Source of the DNA: Pseudogymnoascus verrucosus
Taxonomy: Eukaryota
Direction: 5' to 3' (one strand)
Assembly: GCA_001662655.1 (NCBI GenBank)
Contig: KV460271.1
Length of the DNA stretch: 64,000 nucleotides
Position numbers and translations under genes: made by a program. Positions within the stretch are counted from its first letter, which is position 1, and each line of letters opens with the position of its first letter. The notes beneath the pieces were generated by a model. The model made no database searches. It worked only from the letters and a program-made list of their open reading frames with translations, and was not told where the DNA came from. Positions 50,095 through 62,698 of this stretch are shown in pieces.

Positions 50095-51210
50095 ATGCAA
50101 GGTTTCAACATGGGCCGCTACGTCCCCCCCGAGCACGAAGGCCTCACCTCCGCCAACGCCCTCCAAAAAAAGCACCCCCTCGGCTCCCGCGCCTCAAAAT
50201 CCCATCTCGGCATCCTCACCGTCCGCTTCGAGATGCCCTTCCCCATCTGGTGCACCACCTGTCCAAAACCCACCATAATCGGCCAGGGAGTACGGTTTAA
50301 CGCCCAGAAGCGGAAGGTTGGCATGTATCATAGCACGCCGATCTGGGCGTTTGGGATTAAACATGCTGCGTGTGGGGGGGGGATAGAGATTAGGACCGAT
50401 CCGAGGAATACGGCGTATGTGGTTACGGAGGGGGCGAGGAAAAGGGATTTGGGGGAGGAGAGGGTGGGGGAGGGGGATACGGTGATATTGAGTGAGAGGG
50501 AGAGGGAGGAGAGGAGGGGGAATGCATTTGTGGGGTTGGAGGGGAAGGTGGAGGAGAGGGAACGGGTGGAGGGGGCGAGGGAGAGGATTGGAGAACTACT
50601 GGAGGAGAGGAGGGGGTGGGAGGATCCTTATGAGGCGAATCGAAGACTTAGGGGGGTGTTTAGGGAGGGGAGGAAGGGGAGGGAGGGAGAGGCGAGGAGG
50701 GTGGAGGGGATGAAGGAACGGTTGGGGTTGGGGGGGTGGGAGGGGGTGGTTTTGCCCGCAACGAGGGAGGATGGGTTGAGGGCGGAGTTGGCGTTTGCTG
50801 ATGTTGATCGGAGGAGAGAGGAGGATGGAGGGAATGGGAACGGGGAGAGGGAGGGGAAGGGGGAGGGGAGGCTGAGAAGCGCGAAGAAGAAGAAGAGGAA
50901 ACCACCAGGCCCAGAAGAGAGGAAAGAGATGCTAGCAAAGACGGTGGAGAGGAATACGCGCGTGAGGATGGATCCGTTTCTCGATGGCGGCGGCGCGCGG
51001 GTGGCGGGCGGGAGGGCGGTGTTGGGGGTTAAGCGGAAGCGCGAGGTGGTGGGGGAGAGGAGTGGGGGGAGTGAAGGTGGTGGAGGTGGAAGTGAAGGTG
51101 GAAGTGGAAGTGAAGTTAAAGCTGGGGGAGAGGGTACTGCAGCGGGCGCAGGACCAGGAGTGGCAATAACGACTAGCAAGGGGCTGCTGGTGGATTATGA
51201 GTCTGAGTGA
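50095..51210 (+). CDS. CWC16/Yju2-family (DUF572, CCDC130/Saf4-like) splicing factor
   Basis: MQGFNMGRYVPP, TVRFEMPFPIWCTTC, IGQGVRFNAQK, IEIRTDPRNTAY, ends LLVDYESE. Confidence 0.9.
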   Translation: MQGFNMGRYVPPEHEGLTSANALQKKHPLGSRASKSHLGILTVRFEMPFPIWCTTCPKPTIIGQGVRFNAQKRKVGMYHSTPIWAFGIKHAACGGGIEIRTDPRNTAYVVTEGARKRDLGEERVGEGDTVILSEREREERRGNAFVGLEGKVEERERVEGARERIGELLEERRGWEDPYEANRRLRGVFREGRKGREGEARRVEGMKERLGLGGWEGVVLPATREDGLRAELAFADVDRRREEDGGNGNGEREGKGEGRLRSAKKKKRKPPGPEERKEMLAKTVERNTRVRMDPFLDGGGARVAGGRAVLGVKRKREVVGERSGGSEGGGGGSEGGSGSEVKAGGEGTAAGAGPGVAITTSKGLLVDYESE

Positions 51211-52711
51211 TCGGATGGGGGGTGAGATGGATGGGGTGAGATTGAGATTGAGATTAGAATTAGAGTGCTGCGAGTAGTACTCTGCTGTACAGTATGGGGA
51301 AATGGGTAGAGGCGTTGATGACTGCCCCTCTGACGTCAGGGGGGAGGATGTGAGAATGGATTGTGGTCTAGATGTTGTACTTACCAAACAGACTGGACAG
51401 GGTAGAAGACTGGATGGGATGGGATGGGATGGGATGGGGGAGTTGTACTCTTGTACTCAGTACTGGGATATAGCATAAAGTAAGGGGTATATTGTACTCT
51501 AGCCGGATCGTTATTTCGTTGGGAAGCTGCACACTGCACTGTACTGCACGCACTGCAAGCACCTCTCTGTCTGCCAAAGCGTGAATCCATCGTGGCCTCC
51601 TGCCCCAAACTCATGTACCTCCCCACTAAATTCCAGTGACGAGGTACATAAGCCCGCCCAACCACCCGTCCCCCAAAACACCTGCACGCACCACCACACA
51701 GTAAAACAGCACCACACACCCAAATCCCGTGCACTCCCACAAAACACGCCCTTCCCTCACTCCCCTCCTCCCTATTGACCAATCACCACCCCCCCCATCC
51801 CCTCCTCGGCCCCCACCCTTTCCAATCCAGAGGAGTCAGAAAGACTAGACCAACCCCCAGCACACTCTTAGTACGTACCAACACCGTTTTGCTGATAAAT
51901 CAACCACCCCCTCCCGCTAATCACCAGGCCGCGTGAGTAATACTCACAGAAGGACGGAGAAGAAGTTTTGTGGTGGCCAATCAGCTGTCGTGCTTCTTAT
52001 AGGTATTTGCGGTGTTTGTGCTGCCTTTTGCCAGTGCGTGTGAGTGGTAGGGGAAGGGGGAAGAGTTGGGTTTTAAGACCTTGTGGTACGGGGTTGGTAC
52101 ACAGTTTGTTGGTGGGAGGATGTGTGAGAAGGGAGGTAGCAGCGGGGTAGTTGAGCGACTGCTCGTCCATTATCAGATGCTGGGGGTGGCGAGGGGGGAG
52201 AGGTGAGGGGGTTTTCTGTGTTCCTGTGCAGTAGCAGTCAAGGGTACGTGCGTCCACTTCTGCCTTGTGAGAAGTGTACCTGCACATGTACCCTCTCTGC
52301 TTCTCTTTGTACCAATACCTCCTCACCCACCACAAAAACAGTGAGATATGGACACCCCGTCTTAGCAGCATCGCACAAACTGCCGTTTTTCACCCAATAT
52401 CACTTGCATCCATAGGGCTGTTATGCACTGCCATTTTGTGGTTGCGGTGGGGATTGGAGGGGTTTTAGGGGGGTGTGACGCTGTGTGATGGGGAGGAGGG
52501 AGGCTGTGGCAGTGCTGTGGAACGGTGGGATGGGGGGAGGTGTACGGAGAGGGTGGTGAACACAGAGGGGAGGATGGGGGCTTCTTATCACGTTTTCTGC
52601 CTGTGACTTGTGAGTGACGGTTTGGTGGGATGGGATGGAGGTAGAGGTACGGGTAGGGGGTCTTCTATCCGCTATGACCGGCCAAAAGCCGAAGACTGCC
52701 TGCTGGTGTTT

Positions 52712-52781
52712 GTACTGTGTGCTGTGCTGTGCTGTGCTGTGTTGTGCTGTGCTTGTGCTGTGCTGTGCTGTACTGTGCTGT
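52712..52781. repeat. (GTGCT)n microsatellite
   Basis: About 13 imperfect pentamer units. Other simple repeats in the same intergenic region: (GGGAT)n ~51411-51436, ACTCCC-rich units ~53250-53335. Confidence 0.9.
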
Positions 52782-53771
52782 AATGTTGAAGATTCCATCT
52801 ATCCCTTCTCTGCTCAGTCTCTCTAGCCTTCTATACTGCACTCGACATATACGAGGTTCCCATACTATACCACTCTCCCGTAATAGAAATCTTACACTTG
52901 CCACTCCTCTTTCCCTTTCCCCTCCTGCTCCATCTTCATACATAACTCAATCTCACCCTTATCTGTCCTGATCTGATCTGGTACCTGTCATTCACTGCAT
53001 CCTTACTTTCGATTTGCCACGCCACATATAGCGAGATATCAAAAACCCAATCCCCAACCCCCAACCCCCAACCCCCAATCCACTCCCAATCGCAGAAATC
53101 CCAATCGAACCGTCGATCGTCCAAGAGAAAGATCGGCCGTATAGCGTCCTTTAGTGGTGGCGGATATCAGACTTTAGAGGGGTGGAGGTTACAATACTTG
53201 GGATACTTACTCTACTTTCGTGTACTACCACTGTTACCAAGAGTACCGCTACTCCCACCTAACTCCCACTTAACTCCCTCTTACTCCCACTACCACCAAC
53301 TAACTCCCACTTACTCCCACTACTAACCTCCCACTACCGACTCTATCCTTCCTTTCCTTCTCTTTCATCGCACTTTAAACTAAACTCCGAGTCTCCGCAT
53401 CCCGCATATATCCCAAGTACTGCTACCACCACCTACCACCACCACTTCCACCACCACCCACCATCCCTTCCATACCCCGTCACGCCCCATTACGCCCGTT
53501 CCATTCCCTTACCCATACCCATACCCATCCCACTCATCCCGCTTCCAGCCTTCGTGGTCTCTTCTCTTCTCCCTTCCACCAACCCGCCAAGCCGCCTACC
53601 CTCACACCAAAACCCGCTCCTGAACTCTACTCAGAATCTCGGTGGCTGAGTTCGCCTCAAAACTCTCTCTCTCGTTCAACAAACGTCTCGAGATCGGAAT
53701 ATACACCAAGTCCAACCCCAAACCTGAGAAACCAGAAACCCTTATCGCCGGATTACTCGGACGCCACTCTC

Positions 53772-55851
53772 ATGACAACGACCACCTCGCGGGACACCGA
53801 CGAAATGGCCTCCGCTACCACCAACGGCTTCCATGCGCCGAATTTCATCCTGTCCCCCCACCAGCAGGACCTCCTCTTCGCCGCCCTCAATTCCAACCGC
53901 AACACCGCGACCGACCAGCAGCAGAACGGCGATAGCCAGACCATCGCTCCCGCCGCCTTCGACAACGCCACCACATCGCCGCTCCAGGCGCCGGGATCGG
54001 GAAGCCTGGCGAACCTCGACGAGAGCCCGTTCATCGATTACGACTACGACTTCGACAACGAGGCCAGTTATGGCGAGTACGACTTCAGCAACCTCCCGCA
54101 GGGCCAGATGATCGGCAACCTACCCGGTACGTCGTCGGATGGCGATGCGGCGGCGAACGAGTCGCACGATAAGCGCAGCTTGTCGGACGACGAGGAGAAC
54201 GACGATGAGCCGGATGGAAAGCGCAGGGAGGGCGACGATAAGACGTCCAAGAAGCCGGGGAGGAAGCCACTAACTTCAGAACCGACATCGGTAAGGCTTT
54301 AACTGCTCCGCTGTCGATGGGACTTAGTTCTGACTATTTTTGATGTAGAAACGCAAGGCGCAGAATCGCGCGGCTCAACGGGCTTTCCGTGAGCGAAAGG
54401 AGAAGCACCTTAAGGACCTCGAGACTAAGGTCCAAGATTTGGAGAAGGCCTCCGAGGCGGCGAACCATGAGAATCTTATCTTGCGCGCCAAGGTGGACAA
54501 GATGACCGCGGAGCTGAAGGAATACAAGCAGGCTGCTGTGAGCCGGCAGACCGGAAACCCCCTCATGCCCATGTTATCGACGTATCAGAAGGCGGGTCAA
54601 GCCCCTCACAACCCCAACGACGTCAACTTCTCCTTTGAGTTCCCCAAGTTCGGCCAGCTCCCCGGACCTCCCGTTCTCACCAAGCCCTCAAAGTCGACAT
54701 CACCCGGCGAGGCACCATCCCGCTCAACGAGCTTCACGAGCAACCTCAGCCCTCTAGACAACGGCTCACACAAATCCATCAGCTTCGGCTCGAACCAAAC
54801 CAACAATTACTCCGGCCTCTACAACGGCGCCGCGCTCGAGGGAATGACAAACGGCAACTTCGACTACATGCTCCACCACAACAAAGGCAGCACATCAGCC
54901 TCCAGCGCCGACTCCGCCGGCAGCGGCCCAATGAGCACAGGTCACAACACATCGCACTCCTCCCCCGCCTCCTCCAACTCCCACCACGGCACCAGCTCCT
55001 CCTGCGGCACCTCGCCCGAGCCATACACCCAATCCCCCCCCGCATCCAAGACCGACGCCGCCGCCGCCGCAGCGACAACAACACTCTCCACCATCGGCGA
55101 GGAATCACACTCCGCAGACCCGGCAATCGATAGCAAATCCTCCTTCTGCTCCAAGCTATCCCAAGTCTGCGGCTCAGCCTCCCAACCAATCCCACGCACC
55201 ATGACATCTCCCCCCCTCGGCCCCTCCTTATCCACCGCCGCCCCCACCCCGGCGTCAAACTCCTCCTTCGATATCAATTCCTTGGATTGGCTGGCGGCGC
55301 AGAACGGGAACCAGTTCGATCCGCAGCTGTTTGGGGATTATCGCGAGCCGCAAGATAATATACTAACGGGGTTGTATGATGATTCCTTCTTTAATGAGGC
55401 GTTTGCTATCCCTGGGGAATTCTCGGGGAGTCCGTTTTCGTTGGATGCTACACCGCAGCAGACGCAGCACACGGTGGCGGCGACGCAGCACCAACCGCAG
55501 CAGCACCAGGGCGGGAAGAAGGATTTGATTGGGGAGATTGACGCGCAGCTTGGTGAGGAGGAGGTGGTTCCTGCTGAGAGCGAGATGCTCACGTGCACGA
55601 ATATGTGGTATGTCCCCCACCCTAAAATAGCTGCATTGGAAACACAGACTAACTCACTCACCAGGGAACAAATCCAAGCCTGCCCCGCCGTCCAGAACGG
55701 CGAGATCGACATGGACAGTCTCTGCTCCCAACTCCAGCAGAAAGCCAAGTGTAGCGGTGAGGGACCCGTCATCCAGGAGACGGATTTCAAGGACGTGCTG
55801 GATACGATGTTTGCTCCTGGGGGGTTCCATGCTTGTTCGGTGACTAAGTGA
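53772..55851 (+). CDS. YAP1: AP-1-like redox bZIP transcription factor (Yap1/Pap1/NapA ortholog)
   Basis: KKPGRKPLTSEPTS|KRKAQNRAAQRAFRERKEKHLKDLE; SSCGTSPEP and FCSKLSQVCG (n-CRD); FDPQLFGDYREPQ; c-CRD CTNMW|EQI...DMDSLCSQLQQKAKCS. Introns 54291-54348 and 55608-55664. Confidence 0.95.
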
Positions 55852-57303
55852 GCACGCTTACTCCACTGGACACTGGGATCTGAATGAGCTGGGTCGGGAA
55901 TCGATATGAGTAAAATGGGAAACGGAAAGGGAAAGGAAAGGGAAGGTGGCATGCTACGGCGTCACGCAGGGGGTGGTGAACGGGGTGTCTGGTCTGAAAT
56001 GGAATCAACTTTTTTGATAGCTGGTTATTTGGGGCTATTCAAATGGGGGAACAACTTTACTACGGTGTTCTTTTATATCTTGCTTTGCTTCGTTTTTTGT
56101 TTTTTTTATGGCCCAGACAAACAAAACTCAAATTTAATGGATGCTTTACACGATTTTTTGTTTTGTTTTTTTCTGTCTCTTCTCTTCCCTCTTTGCTACA
56201 GTGACGAAAACTGCGCCGATTCACTTCTCCCCGCTCTTTTTCGCCTAGTTTTTGGGTGTGTTGTTGGTTTCTAGTCGTGCTTGTTTTTCTTACTTGCTTT
56301 GCTTTGCGTTGCTTTGCCCTTTCCTTTGGGTTGGGTTGGGAGTTTTTCTGCTTCTGGGCTTGTGTGTGTGTGTGTTGAGAATTGCTGGGTTTTTTTAACT
56401 TTGGATTGTCGGCTTTCGTTCTTCCTTTCGAGTAAAGGGGGGGGGTGAGCTTCTATGGTTGGTGGGGTGCTGCTGTGGCGAGGAGGGGATGGGATGGAAT
56501 GGGGAGAGAGGGAGAGGGGGGTATTTATATGTACGAAACGCACACGCGCGCGGCTTGCTATGATGCATAGGGGTGGATGATGATACAATGAGGATTGAGA
56601 CGGCGAGATGAGATCTGGGTGGGGGGACTACTACTCAGATGTAAAGACGATGATGCTATACTATAACTATGCTCTTGTGTTTGGGATGATATGTGCGTGC
56701 CGTGCGTGTTTGGCTAAGGGATACGAGAGTTGACGAGAGATGGGCGTAGATGCAGGATACTAATAGTGCAAGAATATGAAATCAAGACTTGCATTTCGTT
56801 ATATCTGTGGTTCTCATATTTTATTAGCCCATCCGGGCGTCTTATCACAGGCCACTATTCTGGTTAACATTTCGTCCATTCGCGGTGTTTACTTCTTTCC
56901 TCTCTCTACCAATAATATTACCATTTTTTGCTTCTCATTCCATCCACGCCCGCTTTTTACGCAATTTCTTCACTGTGAATAAACGCCTAAAAGTCTGTTA
57001 TGGTCACGTGCATTGAATGTTAATCGCCACGTGACAGCGATAAGCCTTGTTTGGCTCTGCCTCGTCCACATCACTGAGTCCCCACTGGGCAAGTCAGAAA
57101 CGTCACTTCAGGCTTTCTTGTGTCAACAGTTGTGATACTACTTCTCCTTCACTTCACTGTCTGTGTTCTCTGCATATTCATATTGTGAACATTTAAACCC
57201 TTTGATCTGAGAGCTTGGAATCACTGCACAGCGCAACTATCGGATTTGGGAGGCGAAGCTTGTTGAGATATAAGTCACGCAAAGGCGGGGACTGATAACC
57301 ACG

Positions 57304-58432
57304 ATGAGTAGTGAAATTGCCGCTCTGGAGGCGGAGATTAAGGAGTATAGGCTTCAGGTATGTCCTTACCTCTCTTTCAATGTGGCTGTTCTGCGGCAAG
57401 CACTTCTCACGTCGATCTGAGTCGGCGCATCACTCACCACACCATCCACACTCCTCAGAACGCATGCTAACTCCCGACCCCCCCACAGCTCGAAACCGTC
57501 CAACTAGGCCTCCAATCCGACCCCAGCAACGCCGAACTCCTTGAGCTGAAGAACGAACTCGACCAAGTAATCGCCCTCTCCCAATCCGCCATCGCCGACA
57601 TTGCGCCCCCCTCCGCACCACCAAAAGCCCAGCACAAAGCCTCCTCCAGCGCAGCAGCTGCGGCTCCCTCCGCGCCCGAAAAATGGAAGCGCGAGAACCA
57701 CCCCAAGTTCCGCGATGTGGCTGCTGCCGCGCCGAAGGAGGAAGAGGAGGAGCAGCGCGAGAAGCCGAATTTCCAGGTCAATGATATGGTGTTGGCGAAG
57801 TGGCATTCGGGGGATAAAGGGTTTTACCCGGCGAGGATCACGAGTATTACGGGTAGTAGTGTTGATCCGGTGTACATCGTCAAATTCAAGTCCTACGACA
57901 CTGTTGAGACGCTGAGGGGGAGGGATGTGAAAGCCATTTCCACTGCAGCGAAGCGGAAGGCTGACGGGACGCCGATTTCTTCGTCGTCGTCCGGGGAGAG
58001 GAGGGAGAGTGCGGGGGGGGTGATAAGTGCAGAGGCGGAGATTGATAGGGATGCGCAGATGGCGCGCGAGAGGGAGGCGAGTAAGGTGGGGGATGGACCG
58101 GTGAGGCCGGAACGAGCGCCGAAGAAGATTAAGGCGAATAAGGAGCTGGAGAAGGGGAAGTCGAAGTGGCAGGATTGGGCGGCGAAGGGGATGGGGAAGA
58201 AGGGGACGCCGGGGGTGAAGAAGAAGGAGAGTATGTTTAGGACGCCGGAGGGGGTGCATGGTCGAGGTATGTTCTCTCATTCTGTTGGTTTGCTGTTTAG
58301 TCAAGTGGATGAGATTGCTGACTTTTGTGCGTTCTAGTTGGGTTTACGGGGTCGGGACAGACGATGAGGAAGGATCCGTCGAGGAGCAGACATATTTACC
58401 AGACCAATGGCGACGAAGAGGGGCTTCAGTGA
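57304..58432 (+). CDS. SPF30: Tudor-domain splicing factor Spf30/SMNDC1, 3 exons
   Basis: EIKEYRLQ|LETVQLGLQSDPSNAELLELK; Tudor VLAKWHSGDKGFYPARI; KSKWQDW, ESMFRTP..GR|VGFTGSG. Confidence 0.9.
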
Positions 58433-59015
58433 GGGTGGATTGGGGATATGAAGTCAAGGGATTACAGGTCTGTGCCGGTATTACCCATTTCCCCCCGCCG
58501 CAGCCGTGGTTGTTGGGTGCGTGTAATGAAGTGTAAGGTGGGGGGGCTGCTTTCTTCGATTGTGTAATATGAAACTACCACGCCCATAAATAAGACTGCG
58601 CTCACACGCTCTTGCGATATTAGGAAATACCAAATCAAGTACAAAAACCACGGGATGCGTTAAACGTCTCTCAGGGGTAGAGGTCGTGTATTGTGTCAAT
58701 TTTCCTGAGTAGACGCCCAGAGTTCTGAATGAATGGATGCTGATCCGACTTTCTCAGGGGTGACTGAATCGTACTCGCTCGCTGTAAATATGGCCCTCGG
58801 CGCCTCGAAGTGAGTTGCCAAATCAAATCCTTTGGTATTCCCAGCACTATCCCTCTATTTTCAGTTCCCTCCTTATTTACTTGTTGTTCAACACCATCAT
58901 AATTCCGGTGTTGATACTTTGACATTTCATTCATTTCCATCATCTCCTATCTGCAACCAGACGTGCAACCGCACTTGCTCCATTCTGGGTATTTCATGCA
59001 GTAAAAACGCAGCGC

Positions 59016-59853
59016 CTAGATCAGCGAAAAATAGTCCACAATCAGTATCGCCACATATATCAAGTGGGCGAGCATAAACCCAACCAACATCGCGTCCTTC
59101 TGTCCCCAGACCTTCCTCATCCAAGCCCGGATGTCCGCTACCAGCATCACCTCTCCCCTATCTCGTCGGGCGGACTTGAGCCCGGTAAGGCCATCTAAGC
59201 TGTCATGGTTATTGTTTTGCTGGTACTCAAACAACGCATTCTTGTCCATCTTCTTCTTCGCCCAGTGGCCGATGGTGTCACGGTCTTCAAAGCCATACTC
59301 ACACCCCGCGGCTTTCTCCTCATCATCCTCAGAGCCGCCGGAAATCTTAACCAGCTTGGGGACACCAAACCCGCACGAAGTTTGCACCTATTGTATCGCG
59401 TTAGAACTTTCCAAATCTTTCGCCAACAAAACAAGTTCATCAACAAAATTAGCAACCAACCTTAAAAACATCCAACACAATCACCGCTCTCGCCCCCAAA
59501 ATCTTCTTATCCCCCATCTTCGCCAACCAAGAATCAAACTCCCTGTCATCCCACTCAATCACCCTCCCCGTGCAAAAGAACCGCATAATCCTCGGCGCGG
59601 CATCGAAACTGCAGAACATGATCGTCACGCGCCCATTCTCGTAGATGTGCGAGATTGTCTCGTTTCCGGAGCCGGTAGCGTCGACGTAGGCGACCTGGTT
59701 TGGCGAGAGGATGGCGAGGGAGGAGGAGGGGAGGCCTTTGGGGGATACGTTCACGTGTTTGCCCGAGGTGGGGGCGGAGGCGGTGAAGAAGACGGATTGG
59801 GCGAGGGCCCATTCGGAGAGGTTCGAGTCGATTTGGTCGTAGAATTTACCCAT
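59016..59853 (-). CDS. Pyridoxamine 5'-phosphate oxidase-like FMN-binding split-barrel protein, 2 exons
   Basis: MGKFY..., FFTASAP, NVSPKG, YVDATGSGNETISH, RVTIMFCSF, K|VQTSCGFGVP, SLDGL, C-terminal hydrophobic anchor. Confidence 0.9.
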
Positions 59854-60350
59854 TGTGAGAAATGGTTGGGAGGGTGAGAGTTAGGAAGTAATGGTTTAAG
59901 AAGTGAATCCTGTAATTGTAATATTTGGCTATGATATTTTCTTTCGCTTAATTGGTTATTTTGGTTACTAAAAGACGCCTTGCAGACGGATTGAGTTCTA
60001 GGTGATAGAACAGTTATGTAGATTGGTCAATTGGAGTTGGAATAAATAATTGGAATAACCTGACGGATTATTAAGCGCCCGTGAGTCACTTTTAGCTCTT
60101 ACACACGTGATTAATGTTGCCATATTATTGTTTGCTGGGTTTACCCCTTTTTAATCCTTCAAATATTGGCGGAGAGAAGGAACACGAATTAATGCTGGTT
60201 TGCAGACTCTGTCACAGTTCATCCAGGTCCCCTGGCCAATATTTTAAGGTCTATAGTTTGCAACGGTTGCAAAACTAGGTGATTTATCTCGTACCTCTAT
60301 TCTATTCAAATGTTAAGTCTGATGAATGAGGTAGTATTATCATTTCTTCA

Positions 60351-61238
60351 ATGATGTCAGGCCCAATACCTCGCAAGAAGGCCCACTTTCAAGTCATGTC
60401 TGACCTACATCTGGAACTCTCAAACCAATATAGCACATTTTCTATCCCTCCTGCAGCTCCGTTCCTTATCCTTGCTGGAGATATTGGACAACTGGCCAAT
60501 TACGAGCCATTCCTTGTGTTCCTTCGTGCACAATGTCGTCAGTTTTCCCGTGTTTTCCTGGTCCTTGGCAACCATGAATTCTACGGGCTGTCACGAGACG
60601 AAGGGCTTCGGCGGGCAGCGTCTTTGGAGCAGGAGCCTAATCTTGTCGGCAAACTCACGGTGCTAAACCGAACTCGAGTATCGCTGGAGGAATACGGCAT
60701 CACGATTCTTGGCTGCACGCTGCATTCTTTGATACCTCCTGAAGCAGAGGAGGTTGTGAGAGGCAGGGTGAAGGACTTCCAGAGAATTGAAAATTGGACA
60801 ATAGCCAGCCATAATAAGGAACATTCTCTCGACGTGGCTTGGCTAGAAAACCAGATCAAACTTATTCGAGATGATAAAAATACTTCGGAGCATAAGATTT
60901 TGGTCGTTACCCATCACGCTCCGTCAGTACGAGAATCAAGCAGTCCACTTCATAGTGGAAACCCATGGGGGTCTGCTTTTGCAACCGATCTTCTTGGGAA
61001 TGAGGACAAACCAGCTCTCTCAGACGTGCAGTGGTGGATATTTGGGCACACTCATTTCTGCACCGAGTTCTCAAAAGCCAACGTGAGGGTTGTTAGCAAC
61101 CAACGAGGTTATGTTATGCCTGAAATCGCCGAGAAACAAGTGCCAACGCCATTCCTCCAGTCACTTGTTCAGAAAACGAAATCTCTCTCAACTAACAGGC
61201 AATCCACATTCCAGGTCAAGAAAGTCATCAGAATTTGA
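60351..61238 (+). CDS. Calcineurin-like metallophosphoesterase
   Basis: SDLHLE, LAGDIG, GNHEFY, THHAP, WIFGHTH, SNQRGY. Intronless. Confidence 0.92.
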   Translation: MMSGPIPRKKAHFQVMSDLHLELSNQYSTFSIPPAAPFLILAGDIGQLANYEPFLVFLRAQCRQFSRVFLVLGNHEFYGLSRDEGLRRAASLEQEPNLVGKLTVLNRTRVSLEEYGITILGCTLHSLIPPEAEEVVRGRVKDFQRIENWTIASHNKEHSLDVAWLENQIKLIRDDKNTSEHKILVVTHHAPSVRESSSPLHSGNPWGSAFATDLLGNEDKPALSDVQWWIFGHTHFCTEFSKANVRVVSNQRGYVMPEIAEKQVPTPFLQSLVQKTKSLSTNRQSTFQVKKVIRI

Positions 61239-61267
61239 TAGCTCTCTTGGATTCAGCCTGACGTCAC

Positions 61268-62065
61268 TTAACAATTCGGGAGTGTTTGGCGGTAATTATA
61301 TCCGACCACAAGGACAACAACGTGGAATGTCCCACCAATGACAGCGCAAATGTGGAATAGCTGGTGCGAATGGCCACAGGTGTCAAAAGAACCAGGTCTC
61401 AATCTCTCGGGAACTCTACTCACGAACAAACCTACTCCAAGTAAGAGAGAGATTCCTTCTGCCACATACCATATAGCACCAATTTCGCTGCGTGCTCAGC
61501 TCCAGCCCATCAGGCCGGCGCTATAAAAGAACGGCAACAATGCGAAGAGGGCAAGCAAGATGAACACGCCACCACGAAGCGTTCTCGTTTTACTACCGCC
61601 GCCACCAGTGTCGAAAAGAACGACTGCAGCAGCTAAAGCCGAGAAGAGGTTCAGTTCCCAGTATACCTTTTGAATGACTGGTCTGCAATAGAACGCGTAG
61701 AAGGTCATTGATGATCCGGCTCCGAGCCCGAGCACGCAAATGCTGAAAATATCCATCTTTCCCCAGAAGTGGTGAACTTTGTATGAGTGACTTCTTAAGG
61801 TGCGAAATGTGGCACTGAGACCGAAGCAGATGGTAGCTGCGGCTATCGAGGAGCTGAAAGCTAGCTTATCGCCTATGGTGAGATGGAGGTTTGTGGAGTT
61901 TATGACATGTCTGTATAGAGCAAATGCGGTTACCACGAAGCCGAGACACCCTATAAGATGTGTCCATATATTCATCTTTCCAACCCGAGTCGAGTTGATA
62001 TTATGGCGAGTTTCGAGTTTAATTTCAACAGGCACGACAGACTTCTTCTGGGTTTTTGAAACCAT
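61268..62065 (-). pseudogene. PAQR/haemolysin-III (Izh-like) membrane protein with premature stop
   Basis: NIWTHL, SATFRTLRSHS, KMDIFSI, RVPERLRPGSFD..GHSHQLFH. The two ORFs are in one frame separated by TGA at 61496-61498. Confidence 0.85.
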
Positions 62066-62698
62066 TGCCGCTCCCCGTCGATTTGGGAGATGGTGCAAGT
62101 ATCTACTGCGGATTGGGTTGAAGGAACTGCCCTCGAAACCAGCGACTGATATAGAGGTTAGCAGAGCTAGCCATGGTGACATTGGCCGTCTGGACGCATT
62201 TTAGAAAGAGCAAAAACAGGCAAAACCAATTCTGATGTGGGAAGTTGGGCTTATTTTCCAATCGTCCTCCTTTATGGTACTGTAAGAGGACACATGATTG
62301 TGGAAGTTCTTACAAGCCTTCGGAAATTACCACTCTGTGTATATAGAACTTTCGACATTGGAGACGTATTTCCGCAATGGTAACTGGATTTACATTATCC
62401 ATCGTGGAACTAAATGACACCTGAAATTTTACGTAGTTTAATCCGAAACCCAGTCTCTTGGTATTATTCTATTTTAAAATTACCGAATATATGACAATGT
62501 GGTGATCTCTCCAAACAATTGCTGCGCCTCGCCCTTGACCGATTGACTCATGGCGCGAACCCTGCAATTCGGAACATATAATAAGCCACATGAAATCTAA
62601 TAACTAACATTTTTCGTCGAACAAATTTTACTGCACAAGTATTAACTTCAATCACAAAAGCTATATAATTTCAACAAAAATTTCACTAAACTGCAAGA

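Noticed and set aside
43847..59877. Many long Pro/Arg/Gly-rich ORFs antisense to core genes (e.g. 43847-44506, 57504-58304, 59131-59877)
   Set aside because: Produced by G/C skew and stop-codon scarcity; no domains.
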